A stretch of 64,000 nucleotides of DNA from Auanema rhodensis (lineage: Eukaryota; Animalia; Nematoda), in NCBI GenBank assembly GCA_964057225.1, contig OZ059894.1, positions 21,328,001-21,392,000 of the forward strand. Reading direction: 5' to 3'. The notes under the pieces were generated by a model. The model had not been told where the DNA came from, ran no database searches, and saw nothing but the letters and a program-made list of their open reading frames with translations. The position numbers and the translations under genes were made by a program. This document shows, piece by piece, positions 12,101 to 27,100 of the stretch; position 1 is the stretch's first letter, and every line of letters starts with the position of its first letter.

Positions 12101-15100
12101 GATGCATTAGTGTATGTTGAGTTTCCATGTACACTCAACATTGCTTCCAAAAACATTTTGACAAAAATTTTTTCGAAAAATTTCAAAATAATTTAGCAAA
12201 AAGTAGATGTTTTTAGATTTCTTTTTTCAAGGCAAAGACGATGGACAATGCTATTCAACGAAAAAATTAATTCTTCAGGGTGAAAATCGAGGATATAAGT
12301 GTGAACTTATATCAGTTGATGTCTCGGTGCATTTTTAAGTTAGCGCAAATCTGATAACACAGATCGACGCAGCTTAAAAATCCGCATCGAATGCACTATA
12401 CTACATTGAGAAACGCTTAATACAAAAATTAGTTATGATCGTTTGAAAAATGATGCATTAGTTTATGTTGAGTTTCCATGTACACTCAACATTGCTTCCA
12501 AAAACATTTTGACAAAAATTTTTTCGAAAAATTTCAAGATAATTTAGCAAAAAGTAGATGTTTTTAGATTCCATTTTTCAAGGCAAAGACGATGGACAAT
12601 GTTATTCAACGAAAAAATTAATTCTTCAGGGTGAAAATCGAGGATATAAGTGTGAACTTATATCAGTTGATATCTCGGTGCATTTTTAAGCTAGCGCAAA
12701 TCTGATAACACAGATCGACGCAGCTTAAAAATCCGCATCGAATGCACTATACTACATCGAGAAACGCTTGATACAAAAATTAGTTATGATCGTTTGAAAA
12801 ATGATGCATTAGTGTATGTTGAGTTTCCATGTACACTCAACATTGCTTCCAAAAACATTTTGACAAAAATTTTTTCGAAAAATTTCAAAATAATTTAGCA
12901 AAAAGTAGATGTTTTTAGATTTCTTTTTTCAAGGCAAAGACGATGGACAATGCTATTCAACGAAAAAATTAATTCTTCAGGGTGAAAATCGAGGATATAA
13001 GTGTGAACTTATATCAGTTGATATCTCGGTGCATTTTTAAGCTAGCGCAAATCTGATAACACAGATCGACGCAGCTTAAAAATCCGCATCGAATGCACTA
13101 TACTACATTGAGAAACGCTTGATACAAAAATTAGTTATGATCGTTTGAAAAATGATGCATTAGTGTATGTTGAGTTTCCATGTACACTCAACATTGCTTC
13201 CAAAAACATTTTGACAAAAATTTTTTCGAAAAATTTCAAAATAATTTAGCAAAAAGTAGATGTTTTTAGATTCCTTTTTTTAAAGCAAAGACGATGGACA
13301 ATGTTATTCAACGAAAAAATTAATTCTTCAGGGTGAAAATCGAGGATATAAGTGTGAACTTATATCAGTTGATATCTCGGTGCATTTTTAAGCTAGCGCA
13401 AATCTGATAACACAGATCGACGCAGCTTAAAAATCCGCATCGAATGCACTTTACTACATCGAGAAACGCTTGATACAAAAGTTAGTTATGATCGTTTGAA
13501 AAATGATGCATTAGTGTATGTTGAGTTTCCATGTACACTCAACATTGCTTCCAAAAACATTTTGACAAAAATTTTTTCGAAAAATTTCAAGATAATTTAG
13601 CAAAAAGTAGATGTTTTTAGATTTCTTTTTTCAAGGCAAAGACGATGGACAATGCTATTCAACGAAAAAATTAATTCTTCAGGGTGAAAATCGAGGATAT
13701 AAGTGTGAACTTATATCAGTTGATATCTCGGTGCATTTTTAAGCTAGCGCAAATCTGATAACACAGATCGACGCAGCTTAAAAATCCGCATCGAATGCAC
13801 TATACTACATTGAGAAACGCTTGATACAAAAATTAGTTATGATCGTTTGAAAAATGATGCATTAGTGTATGTTGAGTTTCCATGTACACTCAACATTGCT
13901 TCCAAAAACATTTTGACAAAAATTTTTTCGAAAAATTTCAAAATAATTTAGCAAAAAGTAGATGTTTTTAGATTCCTTTTTTTAAAGCAAAGACGATGGA
14001 CAATGTTATTCAACGAAAAAATTAATTCTTCAGGGTGAAAATCGAGGATATAAGTGTGAACTTATATCAGTTGATGTCTCGGTGCATTTTTAAGTTAGCG
14101 CAAATCTGATAACACAGATCGACGCAGCTTAAAAATCCGCATCGAATGCACTATACTACATTGAGAAACGCTTAATACAAAAATTAGTTATGATCGTTTC
14201 AAAAATGATGCATTAGTGTATGTTGAGTTTCCATGTACACTCAACATTGCTTCCAAAAACATTTTGACAAAAATTTTTTCGAAAAATTTCAAAATAATTT
14301 AGCAAAAAGTAGATGTTTTTAGATTCCATTTTTCAAGGCAAAGACGATAGACAAGGTTATTCAACGAAAAAATTAATTCTTCAGGGTGAAAATCGAGGAT
14401 ATAAGTGTGAACTTATATCAGTTGATATCTCGGTGCATTTTTAAGCTAGCGCAAATCTGATAACACAGATCGACGCAGCTTAAAAATCCGCATCGAATGC
14501 ACTATACTACATTGAGAAACGCTTAATACAAAAATTAGTTATGATCGTTTGAAAAATGATGCATTAGTGTATGTTGAGTTTCCATGTACACTCAACATTG
14601 CTTCCAAAAACATTTTGACAAAAATTTTTTCGAAAAATTTCAAAATAATTTAGCAAAAAGTAGATGTTTTTAGATTCCTTTTTTTAAATCAAAGACGATG
14701 GACAATGTTATTCAACGAAAAAATTAATTCTTCAGGGTGAAAATCGAGGATATAAGTGTGAACTTATATCAGTTGATGTCTCGGTGCATTTTTAAGTTAG
14801 CGCAAATCTGATAACACAGATCGACGCAGCTTAAAAATCCGCATCGAATGCACTATACTACATTGAGAAACGCTTAATACAAAAATTAGTTATGATCGTT
14901 TGAAAAATGATGCATTAGTGTATGTTGAGTTTCCATGTACACTCAACATTGCTTCCAAAAACATTTTGACAAAAATTTTTTCGAAAAATTTCAAGATAAT
15001 TTAGCAAAAAGTAGTTGTTTTTAGATTCCATTTTTCAAGGCAAAGACGATGGACAATGTTATTCAACGAAAAAATTAATTCTTCAGGGTGAAAATCGAGG

Positions 15101-18100
15101 ATATAAGTGTGAACTTATATCAGTTGATATCTCGGTGCATTTTTAAGCTAGCGCAAATCTGATAACACAGATCGACGCAGCTTAAAAATCCGCATCGAAT
15201 GCACTATACTACATCGAGAAACGCTTGATACAAAAATTAGTTATGATCGTTTGAAAAATGATGCATTAGTGTATGTTGAGTTTCCATGTACACTCAACAT
15301 TGCTTCCAAAAACATTTTGACAAAAATTTTTTCGAAAAATTTCAAAATAATTTAGCAAAAAGTAAATGTTTTTAGATTCCATTTTTCAAGGCAAAGACGA
15401 TAGACAATGTTATTCAACGAAAAAATTAATTCTTCAGGGTGAAAATCGAGGATATAAGTGTGAACTTATATCAGTTGATATCTCGGTGCATTTTTAAGCT
15501 AGCGCAAATCTGATAACACAGATCGACGCAGCTTAAAAATCCGCATCGAATGCACTTTACTACATTGAGAAACGCTTGATACAAAAATTAGTTATGATTG
15601 TTTGAAAAATGATGCATTAGTGTATGTTGAGTTTCCATGTACACTCAACATTGCTTCCAAAAACATTTTGACAAAAATTTTTTCGAAAAATTTCAAAATA
15701 ATTTAGCAAAAAGTAGATGTTTTTAGATTCCTTTTTTTAAAGCAAAGACGATGGACAATGTTATTCAACGAAAAAATTAATTCTTCAGGGTGAAAATCGA
15801 GGATATAAGTGTGAACTTATATCAGTTGATATCTCGGTGCATTTTTAAGCTAGCGCAAATCTGATAACACAGATCGACGCAGCTTAAAAATCCGCATCGA
15901 ATGCACTATACTACATCGAGAAACGCTTGATACAAAAATTAGTTATGATCGTTTGAAAAATGATGCATTAGTGTATGTTGAGTTTCCATGTACACTCAAC
16001 ATTGCTTCCAAAAACATTTTGACAAAAATTTTTTCGAAAAATTTCAAAATAATTTAGCAAAAAGTAGATGTTTTTAGATTCCTTTTTTTAAATCAAAGAC
16101 GATGGACAATGTTATTCAACGAAAAAATTAATTCTTCAGGGTGAAAATCGAGGATATAAGTGTGAACTTATATCAGTTGATGTCTCGGTGCATTTTTAAG
16201 TTAGCGCAAATCTGATAACACAGATCGACGCAGCTTAAAAATCCGCATCGAATGCACTATACTACATTGAGAAACGCTTAATACAAAAATTAGTTATGAT
16301 CGTTTGAAAAATGATGCATTAGTGTATGTTGAGTTTCCATGTACACTCAACATTGCTTCCAAAAACATTTTGACAAAAATTTTTTCGAAAAATTTCAAAA
16401 TAATTTAGCAAAAAGTAGATGTTTTTAGATTCCTTTTTTTAAAGCAAAGACGATGGACAATGTTATTCAACGAAAAAATTAATTCTTCAGGGTGAAAATC
16501 GAGGATATAAGTGTGAACTTATATCAGTTGATATCTCGGTGCATTTTTAAGCTAGCGCAAATCTGATAACACAGATCGACGCAGCTTAAAAATCCGCATC
16601 GAATGCACTATACTACATTGAGAAACGCTTGATACAAAAATTAGTTATGATTGTTTGAAAAATGATGCATTAGTGTATGTTGAGTTTCCATGTACACTCA
16701 ACATTGCTTCCAAAAACATTTTGACAAAAATTTTTTCGAAAAATTTCAAAATAATTTAGCAAAAAGTAGATGTTTTTAGATTCCTTTTTTTAAAGCAAAG
16801 ACGATGGACAATGTTATTCAACGAAAAAATTAATTCTTCAGGGTGAAAATCGAGGATATAAGTGTGAACTTATATCAGTTGATATCTCGGTGCATTTTTA
16901 AGCTAGCGCAAATCTGATAACACAGATCGACGCAGCTTAAAAATCCGCATCGAATGCACTATACTACATCGAGAAACGCTTGATACAAAAATTAGTTATG
17001 ATCGTTTGAAAAATGATGCATTAGTGTATGTTGAGTTTCCATGTACACTCAACATTGCTTCCAAAAACATTTTGACAAAAATTTTTTCGAAAAATTTCAA
17101 AATAATTTAGCAAAAAGTAGATGTTTTTAGATTCCTTTTTTCAAGGCAAAGACGATGGACAATGTTATTCAACGAAAAAATTAATTCTTCAGGGTGAAAA
17201 TCGAGGATATAAGTGTGAACTTATATCAGTTGATATCTCGGTGCATTTTTAAGCTAGCGCAAATCTGATAACACAGATCGACGCAGCTTAAAAATCCGCA
17301 TCGAATGCACTATACTACATTGAGAAACGCTTAATACAAAAATTAGTTATGATCGTTTGAAAAATGATGCATTAGTGTATGTTGAGTTTCCATGTACACT
17401 CAACATTGCTTCCAAAAACATTTTGACAAAAATTTTTTCGAGAAATTTCAAAATAATTTAGCAAAAAGTAGATGTTTTTAGATTCCATTTTTCAAGGCAA
17501 AGACGATGGACAATGTTATTCAACGAAAAAATTAATTCTTCAGGGTGAAAATCGAGGATATAAGTGTGAACTTATATCAGTTGATATCTCGGTGCATTTT
17601 TAAGCTAGCGCAAATCTGATAACACAGATCGACGCAGCTTAAAAATCCGCATCGAATGCACTATACTACATCGAGAAACGCTTGATACAAAAATTAGTTA
17701 TGATCGTTTGAAAAATGATGCATTAGTGTATGTTGAGTTTCCATGTACACTCAACATTGCTTCCAAAAACATTTTGACAAAAATTTTTTCGAGAAATTTC
17801 AAAATAATTTAGCAAAAAGTAGATGTTTTTAGATTCCATTTTTCAAGGCAAAGACGATGGACAATGTTATTCAACGAAAAAATTAATTCTTCAGGGTGAA
17901 AATCGAGGATATAAGTGTGAACTTATATCAGTTGATATCTCGGTGCATTTTTAAGCTAGCGCAAATCTGATAACACAGATCGACGCAGCTTAAAAATCCG
18001 CATCGAATGCACTATACTACATCGAGAAACGCTTGATACAAAAATTAGTTATGATCGTTTGAAAAATGATGCATTAGTGTATGTTGAGTTTCCATGTACA

Positions 18101-21100
18101 CTCAACATTGCTTCCAAAAACATTTTGACAAAAATTTTTTCGAAAAATTTCAAAATAATTTAGCAAAAAGTAGATGTTTTTAGATTCCATTTTTCAAGGC
18201 AAAGACGATAGACAATGTTATTCAACGAAAAAATTAATTCTTCAGGGTGAAAATCGAGGATATAAGTGTGAACTTATATCAGTTGATATCTCGGTGCATT
18301 TTTAAGCTAGCGCAAATCTGATAACACAGATCGACGCAGCTTAAAAATCCGCATCGAATGCACTATACTACATTGAGAAACGCTTGATACAAAAATTAGT
18401 TATGATTGTTTGAAAAATGATGCATTAGTGTATGTTGAGTTTCCATGTACACTCAACATTGCTTCCAAAAACATTTTGACAAAAATTTTTTCGAAAAATT
18501 TCAAGATAATTTAGCAAAAAGTAGATGTTTTTAGATTTCTTTTTTCAAGGCAAAGACGATGGACAATGCTATTCAACGAAAAAATTAATTCTTCAGGGTG
18601 AAAATCGAGGATATAAGTGTGAACTTATATCAGTTGATATCTCGGTGCATTTTTAAGCTAGCGCAAATCTGATAACACAGATCGACGCAGCTTAAAAATC
18701 CGCATCGAATGCACTATACTACATTGAGAAACGCTTGATACAAAAATTAGTTATGATCGTTTGAAAAATGATGCATTAGTGTATGTTGAGTTTCCATGTA
18801 AACTCAACATTGCTTCCAAAAACATTTTGACAAAAATTTTTTCGAAAAATTTCAAAATAATTTAGCAAAAAGTAGATGTTTTTAGATTTCTTTTTTCAAG
18901 GCAAAGACGATGGACAATGCTATTCAACGAAAAAATTAATTCTTCAGGGTGAAAATCGAGGATATAAGTGTGAACTTATATCAGTTGATATCTCGGTGCA
19001 TTTTTAAGCTAGCGCAAATCTGATAACACAGATCGACGCAGCTTAAAAATCCGCATCGAATGCACTATACTACATTGAGAAACGCTTGATACAAAAATTA
19101 GTTATGATCGTTTGAAAAATGATGCATTAGTGTATGTTGAGTTTCCATGTACACTCAACATTGCTTCCAAAAACATTTTGACAAAAATTTTTTCGAAAAA
19201 TTTCAAAATAATTTAGCAAAAAGTAGATGTTTTTAGATTCCTTTTTTTAAATCAAAGACGATGGACAATGTTATTCAACGAAAAAATTAATTCTTCAGGG
19301 TGAAAATCGAGGATATAAGTGTGAACTTATATCAGTTGATGTCTCGGTGCATTTTTAAGTTAGCGCAAATCTGATAACACAGATCGACGCAGCTTAAAAA
19401 TCCGCATCGAATGCACTATACTACATTGAGAAACGCTTAATACAAAAATTAGTTATGATCGTTTGAAAAATGATGCATTAGTGTATGTTGAGTTTCCATG
19501 TACACTCAACATTGCTTCCAAAAACATTTTGACAAAAATTTTTTCGAAAAATTTCAAAATAATTTAGCAAAAAGTAGATGTTTTTAGATTCCTTTTTTTA
19601 AAGCAAAGACGATGGACAATGTTATTCAACGAAAAAATTAATTCTTCAGGGTGAAAATCGAGGATATAAGTGTGAACTTATATCAGTTGATGTCTCGGTG
19701 CATTTTTAAGTTAGCGCAAATCTGATAACACAGATCGACGCAGCTTAAAAATCCGCATCGAATGCACTATACTACATTGAGAAACGCTTAATACAAAAAT
19801 TAGTTATGATCGTTTCAAAAATGATGCATTAGTGTATGTTGAGTTTCCATGTACACTCAACATTGCTTCCAAAAACATTTTGACAAAAATTTTTTCGAAA
19901 AATTTCAAAATAATTTAGCAAAAAGTAGATGTTTTTAGATTTCTTTTTTCAAGGCAAAGACGATGGACAATTCTATTCAACGAAAAAATTAATTCTTCAG
20001 GGTGAAAATCGAGGATATAAGTGTGAACTTATATCAGTTGATATCTCGGTGCATTTTTAAGCTAGCGCAAATCTGATAACACAGATCGACGCAGCTTAAA
20101 AATCCGCATCGAATGCACTATACTACATTGAGAAACGCTTGATACAAAAATTAGTTATGATCGTTTGAAAAATGATGCATTAGTGTATGTTGAGTTTCCA
20201 TGTACACTCAACATTGCTTCCAAAAACATTTTGACAAAAATTTTTTCGAAAAATTTCAAAATAATTTAGCAAAAAGTAGATGTTTTTAGATTCCTTTTTT
20301 TAAATCAAAGACGATGGACAATGTTATTCAACGAAAAAATTAATTCTTCAGGGTGAAAATCGAGGATATAAGTGTGAACTTATATCAGTTGATGTCTCGG
20401 TGCATTTTTAAGTTAGCGCAAATCTGATAACACAGATCGACGCAGCTTAAAAATCCGCATCGAATGCACTATACTACATTGAGAAACGCTTAATACAAAA
20501 ATTAGTTATGATCGTTTGAAAAATGATGCATTAGTGTATGTTGAGTTTCCATGTACACTCAACATTGCTTCCAAAAACATTTTGACAAAAATTTTTTCGA
20601 AAAATTTCAAGATAATTTAGCAAAAAGTAGATGTTTTTAGATTCCATTTTTCAAGGCAAAGACGATGGACAATGTTATTCAACGAAAAAATTAATTCTTC
20701 AGGGTGAAAATCGAGGATATAAGTGTGAACTTATATCAGTTGATATCTCGGTGCATTTTTAAGCTAGCGCAAATCTGATAACACAGATCGACGCAGCTTA
20801 AAAATCCGCATCGAATGCACTATACTACATCGAGAAACGCTTGATACAAAAATTAGTTATGATCGTTTGAAAAATGATGCATTAGTGTATGTTGAGTTTC
20901 CATGTACACTCAACATTGCTTCCAAAAACATTTTGACAAAAATTTTTTCGAAAAATTTCAAAATAATTTAGCAAAAAGTAGATGTTTTTAGATTCCTTTT
21001 TTTAAATCAAAGACGATGGACAATGTTATTCAACGAAAAAATTAATTCTTCAGGGTGAAAATCGAGGATATAAGTGTGAACTTATATCAGTTGATATCTC

Positions 21101-24100
21101 GGTGCATTTTTAAGCTAGCGCAAATCTGATAACACAGATCGACGCAGCTTAAAAATCCGCATCGAATGCACTATACTACATCGAGAAACGCTTGATACAA
21201 AAATTAGTTATGATCGTTTGAAAAATGATGCATTAGTGTATGTTGAGTTTCCATGTACACTCAACATTGCTTCCAAAAACATTTTGACAAAAATTTTTTC
21301 GAAAAATTTCAAAATAATTTAGCAAAAAGTAGATGTTTTTAGATTCCATTTTTCAAGGCAAAGACGATAGACAATGTTATTCAACGAAAAAATTAATTCT
21401 TCAGGGTGAAAATCGAGGATATAAGTGTGAACTTATATCAGTTGATATCTCGGTGCATTTTTAAGCTAGCGCAAATCTGATAACACAGATCGACGCAGCT
21501 TAAAAATCCGCATCGAATGCACTATACTACATTGAGAAACGCTTAATACAAAAATTAGTTATGATCGTTTGAAAAATGATGCATTAGTGTATGTTGAGTT
21601 TCCATGTACACTCAACATTGCTTCCAAAAACATTTTGACAAAAATTTTTTCGAAAAATTTCAAAATAATTTAGCAAAAAGTAGATGTTTTTAGATTCCTT
21701 TTTTTAAATCAAAGACGATGGACAATGTTATTCAACGAAAAAATTAATTCTTCAGGGTGAAAATCGAGGATATAAGTGTGAACTTATATCAGTTGATGTC
21801 TCGGTGCATTTTTAAGTTAGCGCAAATCTGATAACACAGATCGACGCAGCTTAAAAATCCGCATCGAATGCACTATACTACATTGAGAAACGCTTAATAC
21901 AAAAATTAGTTATGATCGTTTGAAAAATGATGCATTAGTGTATGTTGAGTTTCCATGTACACTCAACATTGCTTCCAAAAACATTTTGACAAAAATTTTT
22001 TCGAAAAATTTCAAGATAATTTAGCAAAAAGTAGATGTTTTTAGATTCCATTTTTCAAGGCAAAGACGATGGACAATGTTATTCAACGAAAAAATTAATT
22101 CTTCAGGGTGAAAATCGAGGATATAAGTGTGAACTTATATCAGTTGATGTCTCGGTGCATTTTTAAGTTAGCGCAAATCTGATAACACAGATCGACGCAG
22201 CTTAAAAATCCGCATCGAATGCACTATACTACATCGAGAAACGCTTGATACAAAAATTAGTTATGATCGTTTGAAAAATGATGCATTAGTGTATGTTGAG
22301 TTTCCATGTACACTCAACATTGCTTCCAAAAACATTTTGACAAAAATTTTTTCGAAAAATTTCAAAATAATTTAGCAAAAAGTAGATGTTTTTAGATTCC
22401 TTTTTTTAAATCAAAGACGATGGACAATGTTATTCAACGAAAAAATTAATTCTTCAGGGTGAAAATCGAGGATATAAGTGTGAACTTATATCAGTTGATA
22501 TCTCGGTGCATTTTTAAGCTAGCGCAAATCTGATAACACAGATCGACGCAGCTTAAAAATCCGCATCGAATGCACTATACTACATCGAGAAACGCTTGAT
22601 ACAAAAATTAGTTATGATCGTTTGAAAAATGATGCATTAGTGTATGTTGAGTTTCCATGTACACTCAACATTGCTTCCAAAAACATTTTGACAAAAATTT
22701 TTTCGAAAAATTTCAGAATAATTTAGCAAAAAGTAGATGTTTTTAGATTCCATTTTTCAAGGCAAAGACGATAGACAATGTTATTCAACGAAAAAATTAA
22801 TTCTTCAGGGTGAAAATCGAGGATATAAGTGTGAACTTATATCAGTTGATATCTCGGTGCATTTTTAAGCTAGCGCAAATCTGATAACACAGATCGACGC
22901 AGCTTAAAAATCCGCATCGAATGCACTATACTACATCGAGAAACGCTTGATACAAAAATTAGTTATGATCGTTTGAAAAATGATGCATTAGTGTATGTTG
23001 AGTTTCCATGTACACTCAACATTGCTTCCAAAAACATTTTGACAAAAATTTTTTCGAAAAATTTCAAAATAATTTAGCAAAAAGTAGATGTTTTTAGATT
23101 CCTTTTTTCAAGGCAAAGACGATGGACAATGTTATTCAACGAAAAAATTAATTCTTCAGGGTGAAAATCGAGGATATAAGTGTGAACTTATATCAGTTGA
23201 TATCTCGGTGCATTTTTAAGCTAGCGCAAATCTGATAACACAGATCGACGCAGCTTAAAAATCCGCATCGAATGCACTATACTACATTGAGAAACGCTTA
23301 ATACAAAAATTAGTTATGATCGTTTGAAAAATGATGCATTAGTGTATGTTGAGTTTCCATGTACACTCAACATTGCTTCCAAAAACATTTTGACAAAAAT
23401 TTTTTCGAAAAATTTCAAAATAATTTAGCAAAAAGTAGATGTTTTTAGATTCCTTTTTTTAAAGCAAAGACGATGGACAATGTTACTCAACGAAAAAATT
23501 AATTCTTCAGGGTGAAAATCGAGGATATAAGTGTGAACTTATATCAGTTGATATCTCGGTGCATTTTTAAGCTAGCGCAAATCTGATAACACAGATCGAC
23601 GCAGCTTAAAAATCCGCATCGAATGCACTATACTACATTGAGAAACGCTTGATACAAAAATTAGTTATGATTGTTTGAAAAATGATGCATTAGTGTATGT
23701 TGAGTTTCCATGTACACTCAACATTGCTTCCAAAAACATTTTGACAAAAATTTTTTCGAAAAATTTCAAAATAATTTAGCAAAAAGTAGATGTTTTTAGA
23801 TTCCTTTTTTTAAAGCAAAGACGATGGACAATGTTATTCAACGAAAAAATTAATTCTTCAGGGTGAAAATCGAGGATATAAGTGTGAACTTATATCAGTT
23901 GATATCTCGGTGCATTTTTAAGCTAGCGCAAATCTGATAACACAGATCGACGCAGCTTAAAAATCCGCATCGAATGCACTATACTACATCGAGAAACGCT
24001 TGATACAAAAATTAGTTATGATCGTTTGAAAAATGATGCATTAGTGTATGTTGAGTTTCCATGTACACTCAACATTGCTTCCAAAAACATTTTGACAAAA

Positions 24101-27100
24101 ATTTTTTCGAAAAATTTCAAAATAATTTAGCAAAAAGTAGATGTTTTTAGATTCCTTTTTTCAAGGCAAAGACGATGGACAATGTTATTCAACGAAAAAA
24201 TTAATTCTTCAGGGTGAAAATCGAGGATATAAGTGTGAACTTATATCAGTTGATATCTCGGTGCATTTTTAAGCTAGCGCAAATCTGATAACACAGATCG
24301 ACGCAGCTTAAAAATCCGCATCGAATGCACTATACTACATTGAGAAACGCTTGATACAAAAATTAGTTATGATTGTTTGAAAAATGATGCATTAGTGTAT
24401 GTTGAGTTTCCATGTACACTCAACATTGCTTCCAAAAACATTTTGACAAAAATTTTTTCGAAAAATTTCAAAATAATTTAGCAAAAAGTAGATGTTTTTA
24501 GATTCCTTTTTTTAAAGCAAAGACGATGGACAATGTTATTCAACGAAAAAATTAATTCTTCAGGGTGAAAATCGAGGATATAAGTGTGAACTTATATCAG
24601 TTGATATCTCGGTGCATTTTTAAGCTAGCGCAAATCTGATAACACAGATCGACGCAGCTTAAAAATCCGCATCGAATGCACTATACTACATTGAGAAACG
24701 CTTAATACAAAAATTAGTTATGATCGTTTGAAAAATGATGCATTAGTGTATGTTGAGTTTCCATGTACACTCAACATTGCTTCCAAAAACATTTTGACAA
24801 AAATTTTTTCGAAAAATTTCAAAATAATTTAGCAAAAAGTAGATGTTTTTAGATTCCTTTTTTCAAGGCAAAGACGATGGACAATGTTATTCAACGAAAA
24901 AATTAATTCTTCAGGGTGAAAATCGAGGATATAAGTGTGAACTTATATCAGTTGATATCTCGGTGCATTTTTAAGCTAGCGCAAATCTGATAACACAGAT
25001 CGACGCAGCTTAAAAATCCGCATCGAATGCACTATACTACATTGAGAAACGCTTGATACAAAAATTAGTTATGATTGTTTGAAAAATGATGCATTAGTGT
25101 ATGTTGAGTTTCCATGTACACTCAACATTGCTTCCAAAAACATTTTGACAAAAATTTTTTCGAAAAATTTCAAAATAATTTAGCAAAAAGTAGATGTTTT
25201 TAGATTCCTTTTTTTAAAGCAAAGACGATGGACAATGTTATTCAACGAAAAAATTAATTCTTCAGGGTGAAAATCGAGGATATAAGTGTGAACTTATATC
25301 AGTTGATATCTCGGTGCATTTTTAAGCTAGCGCAAATCTGATAACACAGATCGACGCAGCTTAAAAATCCGCATCGAATGCACTATACTACATTGAGAAA
25401 CGCTTAATACAAAAATTAGTTATGATCGTTTGAAAAATGATGCATTAGTGTATGTTGAGTTTCCATGTACACTCAACATTGCTTCCAAAAACATTTTGAC
25501 AAAAATTTTTTCGAAAAATTTCAAGATAATTTAGCAAAAAGTAGATGTTTTTAGATTCCATTTTTCAAGGCAAAGACGATGGACAATGTTATTCAACGAA
25601 AAAATTAATTCTTCAGGGTGAAAATCGAGGATATAAGTGTGAACTTATATCAGTTGATATCTCGGTGCATTTTTAAGCTAGCGCAAATCTGATAACACAG
25701 ATCGACGCAGCTTAAAAATCCGCATCGAATGCACTATACTACATCGAGAAACGCTTGATACAAAAATTAGTTATGATCGTTTGAAAAATGATGCATTAGT
25801 GTATGTTGAGTTTCCATGTACACTCAACATTGCTTCCAAAAACATTTTGACAAAAATTTTTTCGAAAAATTTCAAAATAATTTAGCAAAAAGTAGATGTT
25901 TTTAGATTCCTTTTTTTAAATCAAAGACGATGGACAATGTTATTCAACGAAAAAATTAATTCTTCAGGGTGAAAATCGAGGATATAAGTGTGAACTTATA
26001 TCAGTTGATATCTCGGTGCATTTTTAAGCTAGCGCAAATCTGATAACACAGATCGACGCAGCTTAAAAATCCGCATCGAATGCACTATACTACATCGAGA
26101 AACGCTTGATACAAAAATTAGTTATGATCGTTTGAAAAATGATGCATTAGTGTATGTTGAGTTTCCATGTACACTCAACATTGCTTCCAAAAACATTTTG
26201 ACAAAAATTTTTTCGAAAAATTTCAAAATAATTTAGCAAAAAGTAGATGTTTTTAGATTCCATTTTTCAAGGCAAAGACGATAGACAATGTTATTCAACG
26301 AAAAAATTAATTCTTCAGGGTGAAAATCGAGGATATAAGTGTGAACTTATATCAGTTGATATCTCGGTGCATTTTTAAGCTAGCGCAAATCTGATAACAC
26401 AGATCGACGCAGCTTAAAAATCCGCATCGAATGCACTATACTACATCGAGAAACGCTTGATACAAAAATTAGTTATGATCGTTTGAAAAATGATGCATTA
26501 GTGTATGTTGAGTTTCCATGTACACTCAACATTGCTTCCAAAAACATTTTGACAAAAATTTTTTCGAAAAATTTCAAAATAATTTAGCAAAAAGTAGATG
26601 TTTTTAGATTCCTTTTTTCAAGGCAAAGACGATGGACAATGTTATTCAACGAAAAAATTAATTCTTCAGGGTGAAAATCGAGGATATAAGTGTGAACTTA
26701 TATCAGTTGATATCTCGGTGCATTTTTAAGCTAGCGCAAATCTGATAACACAGATCGACGCAGCTTAAAAATCCGCATCGAATGCACTATACTACATTGA
26801 GAAACGCTTAATACAAAAATTAGTTATGATCGTTTGAAAAATGATGCATTAGTGTATGTTGAGTTTCCATGTACACTCAACATTGCTTCCAAAAACATTT
26901 TGACAAAAATTTTTTCGAAAAATTTCAAAATAATTTAGCAAAAAGTAGATGTTTTTAGATTCCTTTTTTTAAAGCAAAGACGATGGACAATGTTACTCAA
27001 CGAAAAAATTAATTCTTCAGGGTGAAAATCGAGGATATAAGTGTGAACTTATATCAGTTGATATCTCGGTGCATTTTTAAGCTAGCGCAAATCTGATAAC

